A stretch of 56,311 bases of DNA, counting the filler, from Barthelona sp. PAP020 (Eukaryota), in assembly GCA_040182905.1 (NCBI GenBank). It is 3 parts of 3 records of this genome, joined end to end, with 100 filler letters (N's around TTAATTAATTAA, not from the genome) between each part and the next. Parts side by side here need not be neighbours in the genome. Positions count along the whole stretch, not along the records: positions 1 to 18,739 come from JARQWU010000222.1; 2 more parts are not named here. One strand, written 5' to 3'. Position 1 is the first letter of the stretch. Each line of letters starts with the position of its first letter. Under the pieces are notes generated by a model that was not told where the DNA came from, made no database searches, and was given only the letters and a program-made list of their open reading frames with translations. A program made the translations under genes and the position numbers. Below are positions 1 to 11,117 of the stretch, piece by piece.

Positions 1-1432
1 CCTCTCCAATTTTAAGCTTCAGTTGTTGATCCACAATATGCTGTTGTAAATAAGTTGTGTCAAACATCTTTTGTGAAACGTATCTTGTTAAAAATAACGT
101 TATTTTCCTCCATTGTTGCAAATAAACAACATGATTACCCCATTTCTTTATAGAAGACTCTCCTAATGCAACCCAAAAAATGTGTTGAAGGTTTTTAGAT
201 TTTATAACACAATCAAACAATAATTCAACAGTTTTTGAAGCAAAGCAACGTTCTTGAGGGTCTTTTAAAGCCAAATCAACAAATAACAACAATCCATCAT
301 GTATACTTGTCCATTTTTCCTCTAAAACATTAATTCCTGCATCCATTGATGCAATAGTATTACCGATGGTTTCCAAAGCCAAATCACACACTTTATCAGT
401 CTCAGAATTGGCATTAGCATACGCTACATAAGGCAAAGACTTAATCATCAGTAAAAATAGGTGATTAGCATTTGGATCTTCGAATGCATGGGGTAATTCT
501 TGATTGGTTAACCATCTTCTTAACAAGCTAATGATATTAAAAACAGTTGATGTGTATGTGGCATTTAATTGTAATCCGCTACAAATGATTTTAACTATTC
601 TTTCTGAATTTGGAATATCAAAACAGATTATTGTTTGTGGATATGGTCTTCCCAACCAACGAACGATATAAGATACAATCAGATTGACAACTGAAGAAGG
701 AGGTTCAAAACCAAAGAATCCTTGTGTTTTGTTAAAAATTTTGGGCCAATATATCTGCAAAAATTGTTCAATCACTATATTCCAGTAGAATGAAAAGTTT
801 TTACTTGGAATAGTATCCAATGTCTTGAAAAAAAATTCTAAAAATTCCAATGTTTCCTCTTCAGTAGCAACAGATGACCTTTTTCCAGTAATTAACACAC
901 TATTTCCATAATTATTGATTGAAGGCTTTGGTAATAAAATAAATAACTCTTCAAAGTCCATATCATTATAATATTTTTTAAAACTACGATAATCAATAAC
1001 AGTTCCCAATATATCAATCATCTCTTGATCAGTACCCTCTCCTAAAGCATCAATTAATAATAATAACATTTCAAATCCGAGCATTCTAATACTATGTTTA
1101 TTGTCTTGATGTAAGGCACATTTTATAATGTGAGACAGTGAACCAAACTCCCACTTTGTGCGAATTCTATATGGCATGAATTGCAACATTAATTTAACAA
1201 TTTTTAAATGTGAACAAATTTCAGAGGCACTTAAAGATTTGTTCTTTGTTTCATAAGCATTCATAGCTTCAATGAAGACTCCATATATATCAATATAATG
1301 GGCAGAATAAAATGATCGTTGTTCAATTTCATGACTATTATCAATATAATTAATCAAAGATTTTAATTGTTTGATATGGTCATTTGAATTAAAAAATGCC
1401 GATAATTTTCGATTTGAACGGAAATCTGACAT
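1..1432 (-). CDS. RALGAPA: Ral GTPase-activating protein alpha subunit-like, N-terminal part (runs off the window; absent from the ORF track)
   Basis: Manual translation from the ATG at 1432 gives MSDFRSNRKLSAFFNSNDHIKQLKSL...FMPYRIRTKWEFGSLSHIIKCALHQDNKHSIRMLGFEMLLLLIDAL. This matches the RalGAP-alpha N-terminal pattern LPERIxxRWQFHSIxxILKKLLHxGNSxKIRxEGxRLFLLW. Confidence 0.75.
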   Translation of the reverse strand, partial: MSDFRSNRKLSAFFNSNDHIKQLKSLINYIDNSHEIEQRSFYSAHYIDIYGVFIEAMNAYETKNKSLSASEICSHLKIVKLMLQFMPYRIRTKWEFGSLSHIIKCALHQDNKHSIRMLGFEMLLLLIDALGEGTDQEMIDILGTVIDYRSFKKYYNDMDFEELFILLPKPSINNYGNSVLITGKRSSVATEEETLEFLEFFFKTLDTIPSKNFSFYWNIVIEQFLQIYWPKIFNKTQGFFGFEPPSSVVNLIVSYIVRWLGRPYPQTIICFDIPNSERIVKIICSGLQLNATYTSTVFNIISLLRRWLTNQELPHAFEDPNANHLFLLMIKSLPYVAYANANSETDKVCDLALETIGNTIASMDAGINVLEEKWTSIHDGLLLFVDLALKDPQERCFASKTVELLFDCVIKSKNLQHIFWVALGESSIKKWGNHVVYLQQWRKITLFLTRYVSQKMFDTTYLQQHIVDQQLKLKIGE

Positions 1433-1529
1433 TTTTTCTTTGATGTGTCAGCCAAAAAAAAATAGAAGTTTTTTTTTTCTTTTATTTCTTAATTGTTTCC
1501 ACGTACTATTTCATGAATTTTGATTTATA

Positions 1530-2987
1530 ATGTTCAAAGTATTTATTTTATTTTATGTGTTTGTTAGGGTTATGGCAGGAAATCTTAATTTAACACATTT
1601 TAAAACCGATGAATTTAGAGGAGATTTCAATGTGGTTTTGAGAGAACAAAATCCATATTTTCCAAATTCCAATGGAACTGTTGAATTTGGGTTAGATTTA
1701 TCTTCATACAACACTTTTTCACCTTTCAAAAATATTACTGTTTTTTCAGCAAGTGCCACTTTAACAAATGGACAGTATGTTGATTCAGATTCTGTTTCTA
1801 TATATTTTACTGGTTTGATTAACTCAGACACACATCAATTGTTTGGATTAGGTTCCACATCTGATTATTATATTCCTGTATTCTCTTTAACTACCATTTT
1901 TGAAAATATTACCAATGCTTTTAATTCTTCAACTTATGTTGAATTATCCAATTTTTTTATGCCTTTTTTTAATGAATCTGTTTCACCAGAAAATGTTTGT
2001 AAATTGTATGTAAATAGCAGTTTTGTTAAAAATGAGGTAAATAGCACGTTGATAGGTAAAATTGTTTTTGAAGGGAACGGAAATTTAACGATACAGTTTT
2101 CAGCACCCGAGTTAGATCCTGCTATATTTGAACAAAAATTATATGAATATTATCTAGTTGCTTTTTCTATTTTGCTGTTCGAAGTAATTTTTGCTCATAA
2201 ATTAAAAAAATCAATAGGAGGTGCTTATAACCATTTAAATATCGGATTTGTTGGTATTCAAGCTTTATTTTATGTTTATTTGTCATTATTATATGCTTTG
2301 GCTGGGGGATTGACTTCTATTAGAATTGGTGATAAATACTTTCTTATGGCATTTATTGGCGCATTATTAGGTCATTATTTGTTGTTGGATTTAGTTATTC
2401 AAATTTTAAGAAATGAAGAAAATGTGAGTTCATTCACCAGAACAATGGTTTATTTGACTCCTGCAATTGCTTTGATTTTGATGCTTTTTAATCAAATTCT
2501 TTTTCTCATCATAGTTTTTTGTTCTTTTGGAATATTTCAAATTTTACACAATATTAAAATCAAAACAGTTGCACCAATTTCATTGTATATTCATACAGGA
2601 CAGCATCTTTGTAAAATGTGGTACATCTATTATATTTACTTCAATAATGACAACGTTTTTCGTTATCGAAGAGACGAAACTTCTTTTTATATATGTATTG
2701 CCTTGTTATTTGTTTCTTGTTTACTTTTGAATCTGCAAGTTATTTCCAAAAATCCATTAATTTGTTTTTGTGGAATTCAAAGGTTTGATTATAGTGTTTT
2801 ACCTTCAGATATGACAGAAGATAGACGTCAAAATCTCACTTGTGGTATTTGTCATCAAAGAATTGATCTGGAATTGAACGATTATATGGTAACTCCTTGT
2901 GAACACATATTTCATCAAGAATGTTTGCGAAGATGGATGGAGGTCAGACCACAATGCCCAGTGTGTAGAACTATGTTGCCTTTGTAA
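1530..2987 (+). CDS. TUL1: Tul1/Dsc1/FLY1-type transmembrane RING-H2 E3 ubiquitin ligase
   Basis: Signal peptide, luminal domain, about 7 hydrophobic helices and a C-terminal RING-H2 CGIC...YMVTPCEHIFHQECLRRWM...CPVCRTMLP typical of the family. Confidence 0.8.
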   Translation: MFKVFILFYVFVRVMAGNLNLTHFKTDEFRGDFNVVLREQNPYFPNSNGTVEFGLDLSSYNTFSPFKNITVFSASATLTNGQYVDSDSVSIYFTGLINSDTHQLFGLGSTSDYYIPVFSLTTIFENITNAFNSSTYVELSNFFMPFFNESVSPENVCKLYVNSSFVKNEVNSTLIGKIVFEGNGNLTIQFSAPELDPAIFEQKLYEYYLVAFSILLFEVIFAHKLKKSIGGAYNHLNIGFVGIQALFYVYLSLLYALAGGLTSIRIGDKYFLMAFIGALLGHYLLLDLVIQILRNEENVSSFTRTMVYLTPAIALILMLFNQILFLIIVFCSFGIFQILHNIKIKTVAPISLYIHTGQHLCKMWYIYYIYFNNDNVFRYRRDETSFYICIALLFVSCLLLNLQVISKNPLICFCGIQRFDYSVLPSDMTEDRRQNLTCGICHQRIDLELNDYMVTPCEHIFHQECLRRWMEVRPQCPVCRTMLPL

Positions 2988-3201
2988 ATATATTTTCATT
3001 CTTTTTGTTCATTTTTCTTTTGAAAATTGAATTTCTTTTTTTAAAATTTCTTTGTTTTGATTCTTCATAGAAATGGTTTTATTTTGTTTATTTTATTTTT
3101 AATTCTTTATAAATGAAAAGAATAATTGAAAGTCATCATTTTTATCACAAATAAAAGTGGAGAACATTTTTTAATACAATTTATCGTTTAACTCTTTTTT
3201 A

Positions 3202-4564
3202 ATGGTCCCAAGTTTGTATATTTTATTCTTTCAAAACATAATAACTAATATTTTAGAATATCTGGGAAATATAGAGTTGGAAGAAAACTTGGAGCAGGTT
3301 CTTTTGGAGAAATATATTCTGGTATTTGATTTTAGACTGATCACACACTAACGATTTAGGTTATGATTTAGAACAAGGAAAAGAAGTCGCAATAAAGTTT
3401 GAATTTTTACGAAACAATAAACCACCACAATTATCATTTGAAAAGCGAGTTTATAATGAATTAGTGGATTGTTTGGGTGTACCTAAAATACATTCATTTG
3501 TGTCTGAGCTTGATATGAATATTTTAGTCATGGATCTTTTAGGTCCTTCTTTGGCAGATCTATTTGAATCTTGTCATCGTAAATTTAGTCTTAAAACTGT
3601 TATTCAATTAGCTATTCAGATGTTGCAAAGAATTCGTGAATTACATTCCCACAATTTTTTACATCGAGATATAAAACCAGAAAATTTTATGATTGGATTA
3701 GGAGGAGCTGCAAAAACTGTATATGTTATTGATTTTGGTTTATCAAAAAAATATCGAACCAATAATGGAGTTCATATTGAATATAGAGATGATAAAGCAT
3801 TATGTGGTACAGCTAGATATGCTTCTATCAATACACACCGAGGAATCGAACAATCTCGACGGGATGACTTAATGTCTGTGGGATATGTAATTGTTTATTT
3901 TTTACGTGGTCAATTGCCTTGGCAAAACCTTAAAGCAACAACAAAAAAGCAGAAATATCAAAAAATATCCGAACGAAAAATGGCCACCCCAACAGAATTC
4001 CTGTGTCGAGGTTTGCCTGTTGAATTTGTTATTTTTATGAATTATACATACGTGTTATCGTTTGAAGAAGATCCAGATTATGAGTATTTGGAGAATCTTT
4101 TTGTAAATCTGGCTGAAAGAGAAAACATAAAATTAGACGGAGTTTTTGATTGGGACGGTCTTGGTGGAAATATAAATATTTCGCAATCAGTTGAAAATGA
4201 CCAAAAGAATAATCATAATATGTCAAACATAGTTTCACATTATTCTGGAACGAACGCAGCTCAATACAATGTAAATAGTGGTGTTGATCGAAAATCAAAC
4301 CCACAATTACCTGTTATAAAGCCTATTGCGGAGGAAGAAGCTATTAAAGAAGAAGAAGAAGAAGAAGGGCCTTCAGAAAAGTACCAAACAACCAAGATAA
4401 AGACACAAAGATATGATGATTCTCAAAGGGAACAAATGAAGACAGCCATTGAATCTACTAGACTTATGTTGAAAAGAATGGGTGTTGGACAAAATTCATT
4501 TTCAAGAAGAGGTATTTCTAGGAATACTCGACCTAGAGTTGCTGCATTTTCAAGACACAAATAA
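3202..4564 (+). CDS. CK1: Casein kinase 1; exons 3202-3215, 3257-3321, 3360-4564
   Basis: Splicing two introns restores [39 protein letters not shown]. CK1 motifs LLGPSL, HRDIKPEN, GTARYASIN and SRRDDL are present. Confidence 0.95.
3216..3256 (+). other. Spliceosomal intron 1 of CK1 (41 nt)
   Basis: GTATAT...ACTAATATTTTAG; removal joins the ATG in frame to the Gly-rich loop exon. Confidence 0.85.
3322..3359 (+). other. Spliceosomal intron 2 of CK1 (38 nt)
   Basis: GTATTT...ACTAACGATTTAG; removal restores EIYSGYD...VAIK. Confidence 0.92.
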
Positions 4565-4978
4565 CCAACTTTTTTTTTTTTTAAATTTAACAATAATCTG
4601 AACATTTTTGTTCTTTTGTATAGAAACTTCACATAACATGTGAAGATTTTTTTTTTGTAAATGTATTGATTGTTGAAAATAATTTTTTTTGTTTGTTCTT
4701 TTTGTGATTGTTTGAAAAATTATAAACTAAGAGTTTTAAATATACTTTATTGGATTTACAATTGAAATTATATTGTTCTGTTTTTTCGAACAATTTCCTT
4801 TTTTGTTCAAATGTTCTTATTTTGGGACAATATTTCATCAATTTGATTTTTTATGGTTTTGATCTATTTTTGATAAAAAATCAACATTTGATTGAAAAAT
4901 CTCTAGTGATAAATTGTCAAAAAAAGTAGTGTATAATTTTGTTTTATTGCATTTTGCCTTTGCAAACCTTTATCAGCA

Positions 4979-6622
4979 ATGAAAAATGATAAGGTTGAGT
5001 TAACTGCAGGATATGTATTGGCAACTTACTTACAAAAATGTCGAAATAATAACGTCAATACCTGCCTTAATTTTTTGCAACAGTTGGAAAAATATGCTCA
5101 ACATAATGTGATGCCGTACAAACTTAGAATTTCGGATGATTGTTTTCATGATTCTATTCATTTAAAAGTTGTTTCGTCTTTGTTGATGAAAATTGGTTCT
5201 TTTAAAAAGCTAGACTTTTCAAAAACTAATATGAATATTCAAATAATTAGAACCCTATTTGAACCTTTGACAACATTAAAGATAGAAATTTTAATATTGA
5301 ATGATTGTAATCTAACAGGTGAATCAATTCCTTATTTAAGTGCAATCATTGTCAAAACACCAAATTTAAAACAATTACACCTTGAAAATAATCCAGAATT
5401 GCAGTCAGCAGGAGAAATGTTTGCTAAAGCAATAATACATCCACAATGTACACTTAGAACTTTAAAATTTAGAAATTTAAATATGTCACTTGCTTCAAAT
5501 GGAGTAAGTTGGAATAATTTTCTGAACAATGTTGGAGAATCCAAAATTAAGGAGATTTTCTTTTGTAATTGTAATTTTCAATTGGAACAGCTTGAAATAT
5601 TACTTTCAAACATCAGTGGTTCCAGTTTTATCAAGCATATGGCTTTTCATGACAACAACTTCGGTGATTCTGGAGTTGACGTTATTTGCAAAGAATTAAG
5701 CCATTTACCTTTAACTGGGTTGACTCTTTATAATTGTGGTGTTACAACAGTTGGTTTACAGGCAATCATTTCATCCATCAATAATACTCTTTTGGCAGTG
5801 TTAGATCTCGGTTGTAATGATTTAAGCAATAAATCAGGAGCATTATTGGCTGAATTGATCACAAATCATCTGTCTTTAAGGGCTTTAGGATTGTCTAAAT
5901 GTGGATTGACAGCTGAGGATATTGTAAATTTATCTGCCGTTATTCCTAATTGTAAGTTACAACGTTTAGACTTAAGAAGTAATCAATTAGGGGTTGTTGG
6001 TACAGATCATTTAGCTATGGCAATAGAAAATAGCAGCGTTGAATCTTTAACCATTCAAGCTGATGATCTAACACCATTAAGAGATGAGTTATTGAATAAA
6101 ACTTTGGAGGAAGTGGAAAATATTGTAAAAATACATACAGATAATCTTTTAAAAATTGAAAATTCGATTAAAAACAATAAATCTCGAGCAGAAAAAAGGA
6201 AATTTGCTGAAAGTTCACCATTATCACCATTTTTAATGAAAAGTGGTTCTGATTTCAGTTCTTCTGTTATTTCTCCAATTATTGAACCTTCACCAAAATT
6301 ATTTGCTTCTTCTTCAACCTCAACTGTAACTAATAGTCCTTTGTTAATGCCTTTGTCTTCTTTTAACAGACCATTATCTCCTTCATTAACACCATCTTCT
6401 GCAATGAATTATTCAAGTAATGGTAATGGAATTTCTCCTTTAAATAAAAAGAGTTCTTTCAATAATACAAACTATCTTGATCGTATTGAGAAAGTTATGT
6501 CTGATTGGACAAAAGAAATTGAATTTTTGACTGAAGAATCAGATTCTTCAGATATTATCAAAGCAAAGTTGGAAGTTTTTCAACTTTGTCTTTTAGATTT
6601 ACAGAGAATTTTGAAAAAATAG
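4979..6622 (+). CDS. Ribonuclease-inhibitor-type leucine-rich repeat protein with Ser/Pro-rich C-terminus
   Basis: Repeated ~28-aa LxxLxLxxNxL/C units (LKQLHLENN, LAVLDLGCNDL, LQRLDLRSNQLG). Confidence 0.8.
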   Translation: MKNDKVELTAGYVLATYLQKCRNNNVNTCLNFLQQLEKYAQHNVMPYKLRISDDCFHDSIHLKVVSSLLMKIGSFKKLDFSKTNMNIQIIRTLFEPLTTLKIEILILNDCNLTGESIPYLSAIIVKTPNLKQLHLENNPELQSAGEMFAKAIIHPQCTLRTLKFRNLNMSLASNGVSWNNFLNNVGESKIKEIFFCNCNFQLEQLEILLSNISGSSFIKHMAFHDNNFGDSGVDVICKELSHLPLTGLTLYNCGVTTVGLQAIISSINNTLLAVLDLGCNDLSNKSGALLAELITNHLSLRALGLSKCGLTAEDIVNLSAVIPNCKLQRLDLRSNQLGVVGTDHLAMAIENSSVESLTIQADDLTPLRDELLNKTLEEVENIVKIHTDNLLKIENSIKNNKSRAEKRKFAESSPLSPFLMKSGSDFSSSVISPIIEPSPKLFASSSTSTVTNSPLLMPLSSFNRPLSPSLTPSSAMNYSSNGNGISPLNKKSSFNNTNYLDRIEKVMSDWTKEIEFLTEESDSSDIIKAKLEVFQLCLLDLQRILKK

Positions 6623-6870
6623 AAAAAACAGAAAAAATTGGTTGGAACAATTTTTCCTGTCATTTGCAATAGTAAAAATATTGATTGTAATCATATTTTT
6701 ATGAAATAAAAACACATAAGTCTTTGAATAAATATTAATTGTTTATTATTCTTTGTAATCCTTGTCTTTCATTGAAAGAAAAAAAATACCTGCAATTGAA
6801 TTTTCATTTTTTCTCTTTTTTCCAAAAAATATATGATTTCTTTGTATTGTTTTCGATAATTTATAAGTTT

Positions 6871-6897
6871 ATTATTATTATTATTATTATTATTATT
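6871..6897 (+). repeat. (ATT)9 microsatellite upstream of Exo1
   Basis: Read directly from the sequence. Confidence 0.9.
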
Positions 6898-6912
6898 TTA
6901 TTTTTTTTTAGA

Positions 6913-8865
6913 ATGGGAATTCAAGGATTTTTGCAAGTGGTATCACCTTCCATTGAAAAGAAACATTTGAAAGACTTTTCATATAAAACTATTGGAATTG
7001 ATGGATTTGTATGGTTACATCGAGGTGCTGTATTGAATGCTGGTGATTTAATGAGAAATCCAAAGAGATATCATTCATCTTACATAAATTTTTTTAAAAA
7101 TCGAATTAATCTTTTGAGAAAATATCATATAAAACCATTTATTGTATTTGATGGGAAGAATATTGTGATGAAAAAAAATGAAAATGATCAAAGAAAATTA
7201 AGACGTCAAAAAGCTTTAAAAGAAGCACAAAATTATGATGCTTTGGGTGATATTAATCAAGCAAATAAATATTATCAAAGGGCTTTGTCAATTACAGATG
7301 ATATGGTGACAAATATCTTTAATCTGTTAGTAACAGAGAATATCCCTTTTGTAAGAGCACCATATGAGGCAGATGCTCAATTAGCATATTTAAATATTCA
7401 TAAGCATGTTGATATGATCATAACTGAGGATTCAGATTTGATAGCTTTTGGAGCCCGTCATTTATTGCTGAAATTAGATCGTTGGGGAAACGTAGATTCA
7501 TTAAAGTATGACGATATATTTAAAAAAACGGACTTCAAAGGACTTACACATGAACAATTGTTGTCGTATTGTATTTTGGTGGGATGCGATTATGGGATAT
7601 CTCCAAGGGGCATTGGACCAAAAACCGCTTTAAAAATCAGTAGAGATTCTTCAGTGAATCGGATTGTATTAAGAGCCAAACAATTGGCTTCAAATAAAAA
7701 CGACCAAGAAATGGCAAATTTTGAGATTGAGTTTTTCAAAGCATTGATATGCTTTTTTCATCACACGATTTTTGATATTAGTAAAAGAATAACTTGCCCC
7801 TTAAGACCTCTTCCTGTTGATTATGATGGGCCAGTTGATTTTTTGGGAGAAATAATGGATAAACAAGAAGCAAATACTTTTTGTTTGTACTCTTTTGATA
7901 ATCCACTTTCTAGAAGTGATAGTTTTACAATGGATTCAAAGAAAAAATCTTTAAGACCATGGGAAAATGCTAGAATTGGTTCCAAAAGTTCAAGATTATC
8001 AATGAATAGTATTGTTGCAAAACCAAAACCCAATTTATTGTTAGACTTGCTAGAAAAAGGAAATTCAATAAGAAATTTACCCAAAAGACATGTAATTCCA
8101 AACATCACTAATAAGATGGTGAATGAATCGTTTTCCCCTCCAAATACTATCAGACCAATGGAAATTGATGTTGATTCAGAAGAAGCAAATAGAAATGCAC
8201 ACATCTGTTTGTCCGATGTGTCTTATGCTTTGTTAAAAGAAGAAGTAATTGATTTGGAAAATGTATCTGTTCAACAGAATCAATTTAGTGCCATTGAAAA
8301 ACATGTGTTGGAGAAAGAAGAAGCAATTAAAGATATTCAATTCAAGCAAAAAATGAATGAATTGAATCAAAAGGAAATGAATAAAAAGTTAAGAAACATC
8401 TCTTCCACAGTTGAAATTGATGAGAGTGGCAATAATGTAAGTCGTTTTTTTCCAAAAAAGAAGAAAGATCCTTCACTATCTGACAATGAGAATGGATCAA
8501 ACAACAACGATGGTATAATTTCTTCAATAAATACATCATTCAAAATTGGGAGACAGAATAAAGAAGAAGCGAAAGAAAATCATTTGAACAACAAAATTTT
8601 TAAATTTGAAGCTCCGAAGTTTAGTGTTTTTGATATTTTTAAAGCAACTGCATCTGCTTTAGAATGCAGTGACAAAGAAAGGAAAGTCAAAGATTCAGAA
8701 GATTTCAATATGATTGAAAATATTTGTTCACAATTGGATAGCACTAATGAAGAGGATATTCGAAGCACATCCACATATGGTTTGAAAAATAAGTTTGTCA
8801 AGACATCGCCTTTTAATGACAAAAAATTGTGGAAATTCGCATCAAATGAAGAAGAAAGGATTTGA
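6913..8865 (+). CDS. EXO1: Exonuclease 1 (XPG/FEN1 family); true start is the ATG at 6913
   Basis: MGIQGFL start, IGIDGFVWLHRG, VFDG, APYEADAQLAYL, ITEDSDL, GCDY. Confidence 0.92.
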   Translation: MGIQGFLQVVSPSIEKKHLKDFSYKTIGIDGFVWLHRGAVLNAGDLMRNPKRYHSSYINFFKNRINLLRKYHIKPFIVFDGKNIVMKKNENDQRKLRRQKALKEAQNYDALGDINQANKYYQRALSITDDMVTNIFNLLVTENIPFVRAPYEADAQLAYLNIHKHVDMIITEDSDLIAFGARHLLLKLDRWGNVDSLKYDDIFKKTDFKGLTHEQLLSYCILVGCDYGISPRGIGPKTALKISRDSSVNRIVLRAKQLASNKNDQEMANFEIEFFKALICFFHHTIFDISKRITCPLRPLPVDYDGPVDFLGEIMDKQEANTFCLYSFDNPLSRSDSFTMDSKKKSLRPWENARIGSKSSRLSMNSIVAKPKPNLLLDLLEKGNSIRNLPKRHVIPNITNKMVNESFSPPNTIRPMEIDVDSEEANRNAHICLSDVSYALLKEEVIDLENVSVQQNQFSAIEKHVLEKEEAIKDIQFKQKMNELNQKEMNKKLRNISSTVEIDESGNNVSRFFPKKKKDPSLSDNENGSNNNDGIISSINTSFKIGRQNKEEAKENHLNNKIFKFEAPKFSVFDIFKATASALECSDKERKVKDSEDFNMIENICSQLDSTNEEDIRSTSTYGLKNKFVKTSPFNDKKLWKFASNEEERI

Positions 8866-8868
8866 TTT

Positions 8869-9906
8869 TTATGTGTGTGAAAACGGATTTTTATCTAAAA
8901 TCGGTTCTGATTGAAACTCAACTTCTCTTGAAACTGGTCTGGAAGCAAAATGTCTTGGATCATAAGGGTCGTAATGTCTGAAACTATCATTTGCATTGTT
9001 TGAATCCACGGCTAAAATATTACTATTATTTGGTAAAATAACACTAACAGGCCTATGAACATTTTTTCTTGATAAAGAATGGATTTCATTTTTTTGTTGT
9101 TTTTCTTCTGAATTTGCCAAGCTTCTTGAAGAAATGGACGTTTGTAATGAATTTGGTTGTATTGAAATTGTTTTCTGTTCAAGTCGACTGTAACTACGCA
9201 AAGGTATTTTAGATCTTGAAACCAATCGAGATTCAGATCTGTTTGTGTTTTCTCCGCTGGAAGAAACCAAATCTGCTCGGGAATATACTTTTCGACTGGA
9301 CTTTAAGGTTGCAGTGGATTTTTTTGAACGAGAACTATCATAAGTATCAGTATCATATGTACGGGGAGAACCTTCCCATGAAACACTGGAATTACTTGAA
9401 TTTACTCTTGTCATTGGAATTTTTGGAATGATCTTTAAGACAGTGGACGATAAGTTCAAGGGCTTCGGTCCATTTAAAATGCTAAACCACTGAGGAATGC
9501 AATGAAATATGGTGGATTTTCCAACTTTAGTTGTTGAATACACAATTAATTCAAAATGAGCTCGGGCATCAGGAATAAGGGGTAAATTAAAGGAGGGTGA
9601 TACAGGAAAATCGAGATTTTCAAATTTATTAACCCCTTTGCTTGAACCAAAATACTTCGCTACATCATACTGTTCTTCGTTTAAAATAGAAATTGCCGCA
9701 ACGTTAGTTTCTGAAATGGCATAAAAAGTATGAGAGTCAGATAATGTTATAAATTGCATGTATTGTGGTGAAACAACTTGAAAACTACTAATAGTGCATG
9801 CAAATATAATATCATTTGAATTTTTCGCACTTAAAACACAAACAGTTCTTGAAATGATATCAGTAAATGCACTGATAGTGGTTCTTACAAATGGTACATT
9901 AGACAT
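8869..9906 (-). CDS. Flavin reductase-like (split-barrel FMN-binding) domain followed by a Ser/Arg-rich low-complexity tail
   Basis: The first ~150 aa follow the flavin reductase pattern (VCVLS..ACTISSFQVVS..AISILNEEQYDVAKYF..KFENL..LPLIPDARAHFEL..VGKSTIF). Confidence 0.65.
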   Translation of the reverse strand: MSNVPFVRTTISAFTDIISRTVCVLSAKNSNDIIFACTISSFQVVSPQYMQFITLSDSHTFYAISETNVAAISILNEEQYDVAKYFGSSKGVNKFENLDFPVSPSFNLPLIPDARAHFELIVYSTTKVGKSTIFHCIPQWFSILNGPKPLNLSSTVLKIIPKIPMTRVNSSNSSVSWEGSPRTYDTDTYDSSRSKKSTATLKSSRKVYSRADLVSSSGENTNRSESRLVSRSKIPLRSYSRLEQKTISIQPNSLQTSISSRSLANSEEKQQKNEIHSLSRKNVHRPVSVILPNNSNILAVDSNNANDSFRHYDPYDPRHFASRPVSREVEFQSEPILDKNPFSHT

Positions 9907-10223
9907 AAAGTGGGTGTTGGATCATTAAAAAAAATAAAGTTGCAAAATATATTGTTCATCAGAGTTCCTCAAACTCTTTTTCCAATAATTTTTTGAAATT
10001 GACAATATAACTCTATAACTCTAAATGAACTTTTATACTGATTTTGTCCACAGAGAAAAATCTACAAAAAAAAATTTTTGTAAAAAAACAATTCGATTTT
10101 TAATAATTTATTGAATCAAAGAAAAACATTTGAAACTGTGATATTAAATAAACTGAAAGAAAAAAAAAAAAAAATATAAAGAAGAAAAGGCAGATCAAAA
10201 CTCTTTTTTGTGTGTTTTAAAAA

Positions 10224-11117
10224 ATGGATGTATGGTTTGGTTGGTCAATCTGTCACTCGTCATTATGAGTTGTTGTTTTATTCCTGTTATTTTTTGTTGT
10301 TTTACACTAATGTTTTTAGTTCAAAGATTTGGAACGCAAAGACCTTTTCTACATGGCAAAAGCCTACGAAAACAATGAACGTTATCACGATATGGCTAAA
10401 TGCATGATTCATATTGTAAAATCTCTTAAGGAAGATGAAGATCTTGACAATGAAGAACGTAATCATTTATCTGTTGCTTATAAGAACCTTATTGGAGATT
10501 GCCGTACTACTCATCGTTATTTTAAAATTTCCATTGAACGTGAGGAAGAACGTGATTTCGCTGATGATTCTACCTCAAATCATATTAATGTTTTGCAAAT
10601 GGCAAAAAACGCCATTGGTAATGAATTAATTGATATCGCCAAGGAACTTCTTGATCTTTTAGATCATTACTTGACTACTAGGGCTAAAGAAGATGAATCT
10701 AAAGTGTTTTATGAAAAGCTTAAAGGTGATTATAACCGTTATATTGCTGAGACAATGCCTCATAATTCTGATGAACGTGTTGATTATGCTCAAAAAGCTC
10801 TTAATGCGTATAAAGATGCTACAAGTATTGCAGAAGCAAAACTTGCCCCTACTAACTCTACTCGTTTAGGTTTAGCACTTAATTTCTCCGTTTTTTACTT
10901 TGAAATTTTGGAATTGCGTGCCAACGCATATGAACATGCTAGAAATGCTTTTAATCAAGCTATTACTGCTTATGAAGATGTTGAAGATCAATCTTTGAAA
11001 GATGCATGTCTTATCTTGGAATTGCTCAAATCTAATCTCACTTTGTGGGCTCAAGATGTGAACATTGGTTCCAATGAAGTGGATGCTACTTATCCTGAAG
11101 ATGAAGAAGACAAGTAA
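10224..11117 (+). CDS. 14-3-3 protein (divergent); exons 10224-10229, 10320-11117
   Basis: EERNHLSVAYKN, KGDYNRYIAE, RLGLALNFSVFYFEI, NLTLW. The spliced start is MDFKDLERKD. Confidence 0.93.
10230..10319 (+). other. Spliceosomal intron of 14-3-3 (90 nt)
   Basis: GTATGG...ACTAATGTTTTTAG; contains an in-frame stop; splicing supplies the missing ATG. Confidence 0.88.

Noticed and set aside
6739..6912. Hydrophobic poly-Ile N-terminal extension on Exo1
   Set aside because: It is read-through of AT-rich intergenic DNA and an (ATT)9 microsatellite from a non-ATG start. The conserved start is MGIQG at 6913.
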